The position numbers and the translations under genes are program-made. A stretch of DNA of 64,000 nt from Minisyncoccota bacterium (GTDB lineage: Bacteria; Patescibacteriota; Minisyncoccia; Phycocordibacterales; UBA5272), in NCBI GenBank assembly GCA_041651055.1, contig JBAZJW010000002.1, forward strand, positions 90,980 to 154,979, in the 5' to 3' direction. Below the pieces are notes generated by a model. It searched no databases. It had not been told where the DNA came from and saw nothing but the letters and a program-made list of their open reading frames with translations. This document shows, piece by piece, positions 19,297-29,934 of this stretch; the stretch's first letter is position 1, and each line of letters opens with the position of its first letter.

Positions 19297-20214
19297 ATGT
19301 CCCCGCACTGGATCAGCCCCTTCCGCGTAAGAAGAGTAACCAACATACTTAGTTTTGGTGTTCGCCAGAACTATGAATTACTGAACACTGGCGGCGAGGC
19401 GATGTTTCTGTTGAAACGCATGTCTCGCTCCAATGCCACTTTTCAATTAGCAGACAGACGAATAGATACCATCACACAAATAGCTTCCGGAGGGTCATTT
19501 AGTACCGACCCAGAGACTGGTGATTATCGGTGTAAGCTGTGGGGATCACACTCAGATCCAGACACAGCTTATCCAGATCTTGGTACTCTTACATGCACTG
19601 TTCAAGCCAGTGGCGGGGCAGCCGGTGTCTGGGATCCTGCCATAGATAAATATAGCTTCATATTAGGCGCGGAGGAGTATTCACCAGATATTTTTCAAAA
19701 TCAAATCGAGTCTGACGGAACAGAACTAGAAGATGCTGTGTATATTGTGTTTAATACGCCGCCATTTTCTTTGGATGATATAGCTATTTTTAATTATGGT
19801 ACTATCAATCCACAGGTTAAATTTAACAGGATGCAACCCATCATAGATAGTTATTCGGTATTCAAAGATTCACTGTTTTCGTATGAACAGTGGTTGGACC
19901 CAAATTCAAGGATAAGATCTAGAAAGCAACCCAATAGACTGTTGGTGGCGTTTCCTGGTACTTTGATGGATTTCAAGGTAACAGATGGTGGTCTTATTAG
20001 ACAGATGCAAGATACCTATTGGACTGTGCCGCCTCCGTACGGACCAAAAGTTCAAGAACACGACATATTAGTTCGTGAAAGTTCAGGGCAGAGGTTTCAG
20101 ATTATAGATTTAACACCGATTTATGTAGAAGATATATTAGTTTCACAGCACTTTTCGTTGAGTGAGTATGATCCAAAGTCGTCAGTGTATGATATAGAAG
20201 TGCAAACGGTGTGA
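19297..20214 (+). CDS. putative head-closure/neck protein
   Basis: precedes tail completion and sheath genes; C-terminal DILVRESSGQRFQI pattern. Confidence 0.5.
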   Translation: MSPHWISPFRVRRVTNILSFGVRQNYELLNTGGEAMFLLKRMSRSNATFQLADRRIDTITQIASGGSFSTDPETGDYRCKLWGSHSDPDTAYPDLGTLTCTVQASGGAAGVWDPAIDKYSFILGAEEYSPDIFQNQIESDGTELEDAVYIVFNTPPFSLDDIAIFNYGTINPQVKFNRMQPIIDSYSVFKDSLFSYEQWLDPNSRIRSRKQPNRLLVAFPGTLMDFKVTDGGLIRQMQDTYWTVPPPYGPKVQEHDILVRESSGQRFQIIDLTPIYVEDILVSQHFSLSEYDPKSSVYDIEVQTV

Positions 20215-20215
20215 C

Positions 20216-20824
20216 ATGGCTTTAACTATGGTGTACAGAGGTATTGAGTTTATACGAGAATACGTAGCGTTATATTTGAAAGCAGCATTTATGGCAAATA
20301 CTAAAGGTGCTGTAATATTTACAGACGGAACCAACAAAATTACTTTCAGTAGAGAACCGCACGTGTCAGTTGCACAGGAGTGGGTTGAACGAGAAATACC
20401 ATCAGTGTTGATTGGTAGTCCCAGCGGTGAATTCGGACTTAGAACTTTTGCCAATGATTTACTCAGGAATGATGACAACACAGAAGGAACGGGAAGTGCG
20501 TATAAATATACAGGTGGTGATATAGAGCTTACCCATGAAATAGTGATACGCTCCAAAACCGCCGCAGAACGTGATAGACTGGTTGATACTGTTTGTTTGT
20601 TGTTGTCACACCCAGATGCACGTGCATTTTTTGGAAAACAGAACATAGCGGTACCTAAACCTCCTTCAATAGGTGGTTATAGGGAGATAAATGAACCAAC
20701 CATAGATTATCCTATATATGAAGGTACTCTATCTTTTTATACGTGCGGATATTGGCAAGACAAAGAAGAGTTGGGTGAGAAACTGTTGGATATCATAGTC
20801 GAAGTAATAACATATATGGAATGA
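20216..20824 (+). CDS. putative tail terminator/completion protein
   Basis: directly upstream of sheath; PSVLI...IVIRSKTAAERDRLVD. Confidence 0.55.
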   Translation: MALTMVYRGIEFIREYVALYLKAAFMANTKGAVIFTDGTNKITFSREPHVSVAQEWVEREIPSVLIGSPSGEFGLRTFANDLLRNDDNTEGTGSAYKYTGGDIELTHEIVIRSKTAAERDRLVDTVCLLLSHPDARAFFGKQNIAVPKPPSIGGYREINEPTIDYPIYEGTLSFYTCGYWQDKEELGEKLLDIIVEVITYME

Positions 20825-20898
20825 TGACTACGCCCATTAATAAAAAGAAGTTCTTTTGTGTGACAATGTAAACACGTAGTTTCTGAGGAGAGCAAACC

Positions 20899-22263
20899 AT
20901 GGCAGAACGAGTACCGGGCGTTATAACAACGATCACTGATGATACTGGTCGGATAGTGCCCCCCACCTTTAGACGGTACGTTACAATCATCGGTGTTGGA
21001 GATGCTTACAAGCTTATTCAGAACCGCAGAATGGTACGTGGTGCAGGCACCAACGACGCAATTCCTACCGTTACTCAAGTAAACACAATTGTGTCTGTTG
21101 GTGATTTACCAGGCATTTCAAAATATATTGATGGTGCCGACTATCAATTGTCTGGTGATGAAGTAGAATGGTTGGCTGGCGGTGATGAACCGGGTGCTGG
21201 TGATGCGTATTACCTAACTTTTACAGAGACTCGTCCGGCAAGCGCGTATCAGCCCATTCTATATTTCAATGACAACCTTGCAATTGCCAATCACGGCAAC
21301 GTACTTATGACTACTGGTCAAATCAATGATGTTACTAAAGGCGTGCAATTGGCTTTGGAAAACGGCGGTAAAGGTGTAATAGCTTTACAATTAGACTTGA
21401 GAGCTGCAGTCAATCCAAATGCACCAACCGGGCAGGAGCTGGAAAACGCTTTCTTGGCCTGTATTGACAAGCTAGAGCGCATTACTGATGCCAAGCTGTT
21501 AATGGTGGGCATGTCAAGCGGTGTTATGCAAACCGTGACTGCCGCCAATATCCTGTACAGTCATGCCATACTGGCTTCACAGCCAGAGCGCAAGCAATGG
21601 CGCACGGTGATGATGGCCATGCCTGCTGGTACTAGTTATTTGGAATTTGTGGCTGCACAAGCAGCGTATGCTAATTCACGGATGGTTGTTCCGGCCATAC
21701 CTACGAATCTGTCTATGCCGGGTTTGCTTGGTACCTATGATTCTCGGTATTACTGTGCTGCGCTCGCAGGAAAGCTGCTGTCAGGTGGTGTAGGCGACAC
21801 ATATTACGATGAAATAATCTCTGGTATCACCTTTGGTGACTCTTACAACTACACGCCAGACGAATTAGAGTACTTGGTGCAACACAGTGTGTCCCCAGCC
21901 AAGTCCTTGTCTGGTGTGGTCAGAAACGTGGCCGCATTCACTACTGATGGAACCAGTGCACTTACTGAGGATTTGGGCGTACAAGATATCAAGGACTACA
22001 CTGCGTATGCTTGGAACAAGAAGTTGTGGGAAGTATTTCGCAACAAGCGGTCTGCAATTGGTTTAGCTGGTGAGATAAAGTCTGCTTCTGAGAACTTCTT
22101 AGATACTTTTATTGATAAAGGTACCATAGCTAACCACAGAAATGTGGCTGCATACCAAGATATAACTGAACCGAGGAAGTATCGGGTTACTGGACAGATC
22201 TTGCCGGTGTTTGGTGTTGGGTGGATGGACGTTGACTTCGTGTTCTTTATGTCATTTGTATGA
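20899..22263 (+). CDS. tail sheath protein
   Basis: N-terminal ERVPGVIT, AALAG, C-terminal YQDITEPRKYRVTGQILPVFGVGWMDVDF; synteny. Confidence 0.85.
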   Translation: MAERVPGVITTITDDTGRIVPPTFRRYVTIIGVGDAYKLIQNRRMVRGAGTNDAIPTVTQVNTIVSVGDLPGISKYIDGADYQLSGDEVEWLAGGDEPGAGDAYYLTFTETRPASAYQPILYFNDNLAIANHGNVLMTTGQINDVTKGVQLALENGGKGVIALQLDLRAAVNPNAPTGQELENAFLACIDKLERITDAKLLMVGMSSGVMQTVTAANILYSHAILASQPERKQWRTVMMAMPAGTSYLEFVAAQAAYANSRMVVPAIPTNLSMPGLLGTYDSRYYCAALAGKLLSGGVGDTYYDEIISGITFGDSYNYTPDELEYLVQHSVSPAKSLSGVVRNVAAFTTDGTSALTEDLGVQDIKDYTAYAWNKKLWEVFRNKRSAIGLAGEIKSASENFLDTFIDKGTIANHRNVAAYQDITEPRKYRVTGQILPVFGVGWMDVDFVFFMSFV

Positions 22264-22281
22264 TAAACAAGGCGGTGATAC

Positions 22282-22746
22282 ATGGGATACCCACAAGTCA
22301 GTGTACCTGAAACCTCGAAAGTAGTTTCGTATGCTTACAGCATTACTGTGAATGGTGCTGCAATCGGCTCGTTTGAAAACTTTTCTTCACGTTCACAGCG
22401 TGTGGTCGAACGTGTACGCGAAATTTTATTTTCTCGTGGACCGGAAACAGTAGAGTTGCTGTGGGGCGGCACCGACACTAGCATCGACCTGCGATACGTG
22501 GAGATGTACGAAAAGTCGTGTTTTGAGGCCATTGGTTACCCAGTGTATGCTCTTGAGGACATGAATTTCCCAGTTACTATTATTGAAGTGATGAAGCTGC
22601 CAGACTCTATTGGTGGCATTCGTCAGATTGAATACATTGATGCTGTGTGTGAATCCTGGGGCAAGGAGCTTGAGGCTGGTGCGCCTAAAGTGGTTTCATC
22701 TATGACTTTCCAAATCAGGAAGGTGAAGGGTACCAGGCTCAGTTGA
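22282..22746 (+). CDS. tail tube protein
   Basis: 154 aa after sheath; SITVNGAAIG...IEYIDA. Confidence 0.8.
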   Translation: MGYPQVSVPETSKVVSYAYSITVNGAAIGSFENFSSRSQRVVERVREILFSRGPETVELLWGGTDTSIDLRYVEMYEKSCFEAIGYPVYALEDMNFPVTIIEVMKLPDSIGGIRQIEYIDAVCESWGKELEAGAPKVVSSMTFQIRKVKGTRLS

Positions 22747-22786
22747 TGCAATGTTTTCTTAGTACACGAAACGAACAGAGGATGAC

Positions 22787-23326
22787 ATGACCACTGAACC
22801 TTCCAAGTCTGACATCAGCACACCTAAAAGCAAAGACGCAGAATTTTTTAGAAACAAAAGCTTGGCTGCTATAGAAGATCTGTTCCGTGTGGGGTATACT
22901 GAATCGGGTGATATAGTTGTATTTAGAGATGAGTCAAAAGAGATAGAAATTACAGCCAGATTTAGGACATTGACCCCTACCGAGATCAGAGACGTAGAGG
23001 AAATAGTTAGTAAGTATGAATCTGCTGGTGCCAAAGGTGTTATGCAAGGTGTAGAAACACTGGCTCGTGCTATAATACACATCAACGGCAGACCACTTAT
23101 ATTACCGACCAACGAAGTTGAGGAGTTGAAAAAGCAAATAGGTAGAGAGCCTGACAGACTAGATCAGGCTCGGGAAATACTCCACAACAAAGTGCGAAGC
23201 TGGTATGTACTTGATGCGATGTTTGACGCGTACCAAGAGTTTACTGCTGAGCTGGACGGGTATTTTGAAGGTCTAAAAAAAAAGTTGAAGAGTCAACAGC
23301 CTTCCAGCTCGACTGGTCAATCATAA
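22787..23326 (+). CDS. tail assembly chaperone (lambda G-like)
   Basis: between tube and tape measure; FRTLTPTE; slippery site near the 3' end. Confidence 0.8.
   Translation: MTTEPSKSDISTPKSKDAEFFRNKSLAAIEDLFRVGYTESGDIVVFRDESKEIEITARFRTLTPTEIRDVEEIVSKYESAGAKGVMQGVETLARAIIHINGRPLILPTNEVEELKKQIGREPDRLDQAREILHNKVRSWYVLDAMFDAYQEFTAELDGYFEGLKKKLKSQQPSSSTGQS
23278..23284 (+). other. -1 ribosomal frameshift site A AAA AAG
   Basis: A9G run at 23275-23284; the -1 frame is open from there to 23832. Confidence 0.8.
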
Positions 23327-23832
23327 GGTACTTCAAAGTACTGCCTACAGATCCAAACTTTCAAAATCTAAGCCCACTTCAAAAAATAATACTGTCTACA
23401 TTCATACAACGTCAAGAGGGGTATGAATATGACTTACAAAAGGCCATGCTAAACCAGTTAAAGATGTACATACGTCCAGAAATGTACGTTGAAGAGTTTG
23501 GCTTGGGGGATGACAAGACAGGTAGAACCAATTCGGAGTTTGAACAGCACTCCCAAACGGCCAGGATGACTGGGAAGCCCTTACTATCCAAGGAGATGAA
23601 AGAGGCCGTCCGGAGGGCCTGGGAAGGCCGGGAAAGGGTAAGAGGAAAGTCGTGCCTGTTCCCCGACCTGCAACAGCCAAAACAACGCCCCGAAGCGCCA
23701 CTGCCTGTTGGCGCGGTGCGTCAAATAGTGCTCGATCCGGATGGTAATGTAATACATGAAACGGTGGTTACACCGGATGCCCCTGCATCCGATAAAATAA
23801 AATCTGATGAAGAAGACACTCCACTAGGATAA
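23281..23832 (+). CDS. frameshifted C-terminal part of the tail chaperone (lambda GT-like)
   Basis: -1 frame KVEESTAFQLDWSIIRYFKVLPTDPNFQNLSPLQK runs without a stop into track ORF 23446-23832. Confidence 0.75.
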   Translation, partial: KVEESTAFQLDWSIIRYFKVLPTDPNFQNLSPLQKIILSTFIQRQEGYEYDLQKAMLNQLKMYIRPEMYVEEFGLGDDKTGRTNSEFEQHSQTARMTGKPLLSKEMKEAVRRAWEGRERVRGKSCLFPDLQQPKQRPEAPLPVGAVRQIVLDPDGNVIHETVVTPDAPASDKIKSDEEDTPLG

Positions 23833-23839
23833 GTACTAT

Positions 23840-26062
23840 ATGGCTGGCGACGTATTTACCGTAGACACAAAAGCCTTTGCGCAGGCTAATGAATCCCTGA
23901 AATCTATGCAGGGTAGTACCGAGAAGGTACGCAAAGGTATGGGTGATGTAGTAAGTGCTCTGCAGCTACTTTCTAAGACACAACAAGAAATAAGCAAGTC
24001 AGCCATAGTAGACCCCAACGCAAGTAAGGTGGTGGCAGATTTACGCAAGCAGCTTGAAGCTGTGGGGGTACAGGCCAGAACTATAGCAATAGCATCTAAC
24101 AAAGAAGTAATCAATTACCGGCAGTTGGGCATAATGGACAAGCTTAGGGTCATGATGCTGTCTGCGCAGTCTGACAAAAAGAAGCGGATGGTAATGTATG
24201 GCGGCCAGATGATAGAACTGGCTGCTAAAGAAAATTCATTATTAAAAGCGTCTGCTAGTTTGTGGAATAAGAGCAAGCAAAGCATAACTGGTGCTGTTCG
24301 TGGTGTTACAAGTTATGCCACGTCTATGACAGGAGTAACGCTTTCTCTTACTGGTATAATAGCACTTTTGTTGGATATATACAACAAGAGTAACCGTATT
24401 GGTGCTATGAGCAGACAAATTACAGCGCAGTGGGGCTCTACCAACACAGGCATGAAAACAGCCTCGCGTGCTATGGCAGACCTTAGAAGCAGTTTCTACA
24501 TGACTGTTGATGCTGCAGGTAATATAGCTACATCCATAGCCAGGTCCGGTTTTGAAGAGAAAAACCTGGCCACTATAGCTAAAGACGCTGCTGCCATAGA
24601 ACTGCAACATGGCATAGCTGTACAGGATCATGCACAGCAGGTTAAAAACTTGGCCACCAGTTATGGCATGACTGCCGATTCTTCCTCCATGCTGCTGCAC
24701 TTTGTGCGCGAAACCAGCAAAACGGTGCCTTACCTCAGCATGCAGGAAGTAAGTCAAGACATGGCTGAGTTGATACACTCTACTCGCGCATTCAACAGTG
24801 ACCTGCTCGGCACCATTTCTATGTACAATACTTTAGCAAGACAGGACATAGCCGAGAAACTTGGATTAGGGAAGATGCCTATTGACATGCGCCGCGACAT
24901 GATAAAAACTGCCGCCGCATTTTCCCAGAACTTGAATAAGGGGTTGCAGGCAACACTTGGTGAAGGAAGGACAGCGGCAGAACGTATACTGAGTTTCCGC
25001 AAGATGGAAACGCCTGAGCAATTCTCAAAGATGGCTGGGTTTATTACTAAGAGTACTGCTGGATTTAAAGGTGCCGAAAAAGAACTTGCTACTATGCAAT
25101 TGCTGGAGGAGTTTGGGTTCAACCAGGATGAAATGAACGCTACTTTAGCAGAAGCTTTTGCTGGTGGTGGGTTTGAGCCAGAAAATTTGCAGGCAGTGAT
25201 GGATGAAATAGCTGCCTCACGCAAGGTAGCTGAAGACGCTCAAAAGAACGAAAAAACTGCTCGTGCTAAATTGTACAAGGATGCCGGTCGCATAGCATAT
25301 GGTTTGGAAAGTCTTGAAGATAAACTGAAGAGAGCCATCGAAAATTCGATGTTGGGTGCTGCTGGATGGAAAGACATACAAGCAAACTTGGAAAAGATAG
25401 CTTCGTGGGCTCTTGAGAACATACCGAAGTTGTTTAGAGATGCTGTAGACTTGCTGTCAAACATACTTGATGTGTTGGATTTTGATAAGCACGACAAGAA
25501 CATCGCAGAAGGAAAAAAGACTATCGCAGGAACGATGGTATCTGAAGGTTTTGGTGCAACAGCAAAACAAGCACTTGGGCAATTCAAGCGCATTGAAACT
25601 CAATTGGTTGGTATTGGTCCAAAAGGCCCTGTAGCCATGACAAATTTGCAATCATTGATACAGGACATTAGACTTGATCCTAAGTCTGTAGAAGATATGG
25701 CTAATTCTTTGAAAGATGTGATTCCAGAAATTGCCAGGATGCGTATTGGTGAAAAACGCGGACTTATTACAAATGTGGCCCTTTCACAGCTTGCTACCAC
25801 TGGAGTTGGAAGCCACGCACAAGAACTTGGCGTACCACAAGCAAGTGAATTGGAGACGTTTGTAATAGCTTTGGCCAGGGGTGAAATGGCCACTGCCAAC
25901 AAGATTCTGCGAGCGCAGCTCAGAGAAAAAGCAAACATCAGAGAACAAGTTACACAATTGCGCAGTGCTTATGCTAAACATCAAAGTGGTATGAACTTCT
26001 GGACAACCAGTCCAACAGAAGCCGCTGAGTTAGCGGTGGCTGAATTTAAAGGTAAAATGTAA
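23840..26062 (+). CDS. tape measure protein
   Basis: 740 aa, Ala/Lys/Met-rich and helical, directly after the chaperone. Confidence 0.8.
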   Translation: MAGDVFTVDTKAFAQANESLKSMQGSTEKVRKGMGDVVSALQLLSKTQQEISKSAIVDPNASKVVADLRKQLEAVGVQARTIAIASNKEVINYRQLGIMDKLRVMMLSAQSDKKKRMVMYGGQMIELAAKENSLLKASASLWNKSKQSITGAVRGVTSYATSMTGVTLSLTGIIALLLDIYNKSNRIGAMSRQITAQWGSTNTGMKTASRAMADLRSSFYMTVDAAGNIATSIARSGFEEKNLATIAKDAAAIELQHGIAVQDHAQQVKNLATSYGMTADSSSMLLHFVRETSKTVPYLSMQEVSQDMAELIHSTRAFNSDLLGTISMYNTLARQDIAEKLGLGKMPIDMRRDMIKTAAAFSQNLNKGLQATLGEGRTAAERILSFRKMETPEQFSKMAGFITKSTAGFKGAEKELATMQLLEEFGFNQDEMNATLAEAFAGGGFEPENLQAVMDEIAASRKVAEDAQKNEKTARAKLYKDAGRIAYGLESLEDKLKRAIENSMLGAAGWKDIQANLEKIASWALENIPKLFRDAVDLLSNILDVLDFDKHDKNIAEGKKTIAGTMVSEGFGATAKQALGQFKRIETQLVGIGPKGPVAMTNLQSLIQDIRLDPKSVEDMANSLKDVIPEIARMRIGEKRGLITNVALSQLATTGVGSHAQELGVPQASELETFVIALARGEMATANKILRAQLREKANIREQVTQLRSAYAKHQSGMNFWTTSPTEAAELAVAEFKGKM

Positions 26063-26064
26063 AT

Positions 26065-26775
26065 ATGGCTATAATAGATTCATTGGCTGATTTTGCTCCG
26101 TCCGTAAACCAGGAGCGCCTTACTTTTAGGCGTTTTGATGGGTTGGAACTGGCCAAAGCTGCAGAAAAAGGTACAGTCATCAGTCCTAAGTATGTCACTA
26201 CAGTAACCTTATTAATAAACCCTACTGAGTTGTCCTGGAGTAGCACAAAGCTCACCAACAAAGTGCCCTCAAACTCTCCTGGCAGATTTATTGTGTTTAA
26301 TTGGGGGAACGATTTAGATATGTTAAACATATCTGGTACCACAGGTAACATGGATCCTGCCACTTCCGTTGCTAATACCCCTGATCAATTGGCCAGTTTC
26401 GTGAATGGTCTGTCGGGTCAAGTTGTTGAAGGATTTCATTCACCAGAAGTGCATAAAGCAGAAGTACTAACGCTCAAAACATTAATAAAATCTTTTAACT
26501 ATTTTCAGTTACTAGATATGTCCCCGAAGTATAGGACCTTTAAGAAGTTGCAAGAAATGTACAAAATATCTGATCCAGATTCAGATGTGGTTACGTTAGA
26601 GATGTGTGAACAAATTTATCGCGGGTACTTTTCAGAATTCCGTTTTCAAGTACAAGAGCGCATGCCTTGGGTGTGGACTTACAACATGAGCTTTATCATA
26701 TTACAGGACTTGGCTTTGTTCGATCCTAAACAGGATGGAACCTTTCCAACAGGTGCTGATATTCGTACTAAGTGA
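26065..26775 (+). CDS. baseplate/tail tube initiator-like protein
   Basis: LLINPTELS...WGNDLDMLNISG...YRGYFSEFRF...YNMSF. Confidence 0.6.
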   Translation: MAIIDSLADFAPSVNQERLTFRRFDGLELAKAAEKGTVISPKYVTTVTLLINPTELSWSSTKLTNKVPSNSPGRFIVFNWGNDLDMLNISGTTGNMDPATSVANTPDQLASFVNGLSGQVVEGFHSPEVHKAEVLTLKTLIKSFNYFQLLDMSPKYRTFKKLQEMYKISDPDSDVVTLEMCEQIYRGYFSEFRFQVQERMPWVWTYNMSFIILQDLALFDPKQDGTFPTGADIRTK

Positions 26776-26787
26776 GCAAATCACAGA

Positions 26788-28872
26788 ATGTCTAATGCTC
26801 AAGCACTCTCAGGTCTTATCCTGCAGGCACTGTATTCAGGGAAACTGAAACACGGCTTTGGTGACTCTGAAGATAGAAGGATAGTTAATCATCCTAGAGT
26901 AATATACGGTCTGTCATCATCGGATCCTGAAATACCATATGTTATACCCAACGAAGCGTTTACACCTCGATTTTGTGTGTCGTTCGATTTTACCCACACG
27001 TTTACCACTGCTGGCATAGGATTTAAAAGGCCGGTTTCTGAAGATACGTTGTATCGGGTTGGTTCTGATCTGTCTCGGTTTTTTAGATACTATTTTGAGT
27101 ATGTATTGTCATACGGAAAATCAAACAAAAAATCGGCAGAAAGTAGATTGGTAGACTGGAGCATAGGTGTTTATGAAGATGATTTAAATTTGTTTGTTAA
27201 CTGGATGATTAATTTATTTATATCTAGTGTAACCACAAACTCCGCCATTCATCAAATTGGTAGTGCTGTTATTGAAATAAATGACAACAACACGTATAAA
27301 TACAATAACAGGAACAGGCTGTTTTATGACACATCATTTAGTATACTGAGCCAATTGTTTGTCCCAATGGTGCCAGTAATGATTTGGGCCAAGGGCAGAC
27401 TGTACCCCAATTACTGGTTCCCCATTTTCGATGGGTTTATCACTGCTCCCAACATAGCTACGCGTGGCGGCTTTCAATCCATTACACTGAACTGCAAAGA
27501 TTCTCTTGAAATCGCCAGGATTAGCACTGAGATGGTAAATCCATCCATTTTGCAAATAGAAGAAGTAAAAACACAACAAAGCATAAACATTTTCAACATG
27601 CCATTCTATGGGTTAGATCATTTTGACATTTTTCTGACCATGTTTCATGGCGGGAAGCTGGTATATCACGCTGAAAAAAACAGGCTGGTGCCGTCAGACC
27701 CGGAATTTCACAATACTAGTGCTACCAACTTTTCTGCTCTTTTAGGCTTCAACCGCATAGACGATTATCAATCACGCCTAAAGCCACATGAGATAGCACA
27801 GACAAAGTATGCTATTCACAGAGATGATTTTAGCCTGAAAAAGGCCATAAAGCAAACTTCGTACACAGAAAGAAAACGCAACACCGTTATGTGGGGCAAC
27901 AAAATTACTCCATACCGCATTTTGAATTATGCGGCCCCTAAGGTATATGAGGCCGAATTTTCTTCAAGACTTGAGGTTATGCAAAACGTAGCACAGATGA
28001 CCTATTATGATTTGTACGTGAATGGGTACGGCGATGTGTGTTACCACCCCATGAGACTGTCCAATGAATTCCTGAGGAACGAGGCCATTTACAAGTCCGG
28101 TGATCAAAACGCCGAAGAGTTCAAACAAGCATTTCCAGGTGTAAATATAATTGGACCACACGAGTGTACGTCTACTAACGAGCTGCTGAATATCGACGAG
28201 CTGACTACATTCTTGCGGCTTACCGGCAAACATCCATTCTTTTCTAGTGAAGTAGCTGAGACGCTGTTACTGACAGGATCTGCTGTAGATGAGAATCTGT
28301 GGAACCGGTTTGGGTACAGAAGAAAATCTCTTACTAACCCATTGTTTAACATAAACGTCGAACTATTCACAAAGAACGGTAAAAAAGTTCGTTTTATGGA
28401 CATGGCTGCTCGTATTTTAATGAGCTTCATGAATGCAGAACTTCATACCCTATCATATAGTATGATTTTTAGACCTGAAATGCGGTTGGCATTTCCAGTA
28501 TTGAACCCCTACACTTCAGATGTATTTTACTGTCAATCGCTGTCACACAACATTACTGTAAACGGTGAAGCTACCACCACAATCAACGGTGGGTATGCAC
28601 GCAAAGAGCGTGAAAGTCCATCAGACTTATTTAGCTTCCTGGTGATGTCGCAGAGACTGTTTGACTTGAACGGGAAACTTCCTGTACCACCAGCCTCATT
28701 CAACGCAGAAAGTGTAAAAGAGTATTATGAATCAAACTTTGGAATTAGCAGCATGCAATTTATTAGTTGGCTAGATGAAATGGTGAATCAACAGGAGAAG
28801 TTTGAAGAATATGAAAGACAAAAATCGCGAGAAAGGTCGGTTGATGTGAACGCACAAGAGGTGATAGCATAA
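26788..28872 (+). CDS. baseplate hub protein
   Basis: IFDGFIT, LNCKD, FGYR, FRPEMRLAFP..FYCQSLSHNI...TTI; synteny. Confidence 0.65.
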   Translation: MSNAQALSGLILQALYSGKLKHGFGDSEDRRIVNHPRVIYGLSSSDPEIPYVIPNEAFTPRFCVSFDFTHTFTTAGIGFKRPVSEDTLYRVGSDLSRFFRYYFEYVLSYGKSNKKSAESRLVDWSIGVYEDDLNLFVNWMINLFISSVTTNSAIHQIGSAVIEINDNNTYKYNNRNRLFYDTSFSILSQLFVPMVPVMIWAKGRLYPNYWFPIFDGFITAPNIATRGGFQSITLNCKDSLEIARISTEMVNPSILQIEEVKTQQSINIFNMPFYGLDHFDIFLTMFHGGKLVYHAEKNRLVPSDPEFHNTSATNFSALLGFNRIDDYQSRLKPHEIAQTKYAIHRDDFSLKKAIKQTSYTERKRNTVMWGNKITPYRILNYAAPKVYEAEFSSRLEVMQNVAQMTYYDLYVNGYGDVCYHPMRLSNEFLRNEAIYKSGDQNAEEFKQAFPGVNIIGPHECTSTNELLNIDELTTFLRLTGKHPFFSSEVAETLLLTGSAVDENLWNRFGYRRKSLTNPLFNINVELFTKNGKKVRFMDMAARILMSFMNAELHTLSYSMIFRPEMRLAFPVLNPYTSDVFYCQSLSHNITVNGEATTTINGGYARKERESPSDLFSFLVMSQRLFDLNGKLPVPPASFNAESVKEYYESNFGISSMQFISWLDEMVNQQEKFEEYERQKSRERSVDVNAQEVIA

Positions 28873-29934
28873 ATGGCAATGTCTACGCAGAGGATTGTGT
28901 GTCCCGCAATAGTACTGGCGGTTCACCCAGAAGATAGACTTGTGGACGTGAAGTGGGCAGATGCCGAAGGTGGCAGAAAAGGCGTAGTGATGATTAATGA
29001 CATGGGGTCTTACTCCATGCCAAACATAGGAGACTCTGTTCTGGTGCTTGGTACTGGTGTAGATTATTTTTGTGTAGGTAAAATAGAATACGGATACAAA
29101 GCCAAACTTAACGGAAAGCAGCGCGTGCAGGGATCTAGCACGCCTCTGAAGTATAAAAATGTTGGTCCGGGAGAAATCATAATCAACCACATACGCAAAC
29201 TGTCATGGCTAAAACTTGCTAATAGCGGCGACTTTTCGCTAATGAATGGATTCATTGAAGGATTTAAATATCTAAGAAGCATAAGAACAGCCCGCGTATT
29301 GGGTCGTACCATAGAACTAGTAGCTAATGGTGTTAAGATTGGGGCAGGTACGGTTATTAGAAATATACCAGGAAAAGGCGAACAGCCGATTACCGGGGAG
29401 TCTGGCGGAAAAGCTCTAGAATACTACATACAGATAGCATATAACAGCATACAGTCAGTGCGTTTTCATTTGGGTGAGATTCGTGATATGACTTTGGGGG
29501 TAGTGCCGGAAGTAAGTTCACTTGGTGGTAGAGTAAAAGCACTATTGGAGGTTACACAGGCCGCAGTAAGAATGGGATTCTTGGTTATTGATGAAGCTGG
29601 TAATGTCGAGCTGACATCAAAAGTGGCTACGACTGTGGTAGGTGGGACAGAGGTAAAACTTGGTGGTGTGGCTGCACAGGAGCCAGTAATAAAAGGACAG
29701 TCTTATTCTACTGCGGAAATAAATTTTTTGTCGAAGATGACTTCGTTTGTAACTGCGCTGCAGGCTTACATAACTGCTTGTTCTACAGAAAAGACAACGG
29801 CCCCCACACTGTTAACTGAAACTGCTGCTAGTGCCGTTGCGTTTATGCCACTTATAGCTGAATTTCTGTCTGCTATTTCAGAATTCAACGGAAAGATAAC
29901 ACCGGCACTGTCTGCTGTAGTAAAAACTACTTGA
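28873..29934 (+). CDS. baseplate spike (gpV-like)
   Basis: OB-fold N-terminus (VLAVH..VDV...MPNIGDSVLV); VKLGG..AQEPVIKG. Confidence 0.65.
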   Translation: MAMSTQRIVCPAIVLAVHPEDRLVDVKWADAEGGRKGVVMINDMGSYSMPNIGDSVLVLGTGVDYFCVGKIEYGYKAKLNGKQRVQGSSTPLKYKNVGPGEIIINHIRKLSWLKLANSGDFSLMNGFIEGFKYLRSIRTARVLGRTIELVANGVKIGAGTVIRNIPGKGEQPITGESGGKALEYYIQIAYNSIQSVRFHLGEIRDMTLGVVPEVSSLGGRVKALLEVTQAAVRMGFLVIDEAGNVELTSKVATTVVGGTEVKLGGVAAQEPVIKGQSYSTAEINFLSKMTSFVTALQAYITACSTEKTTAPTLLTETAASAVAFMPLIAEFLSAISEFNGKITPALSAVVKTT

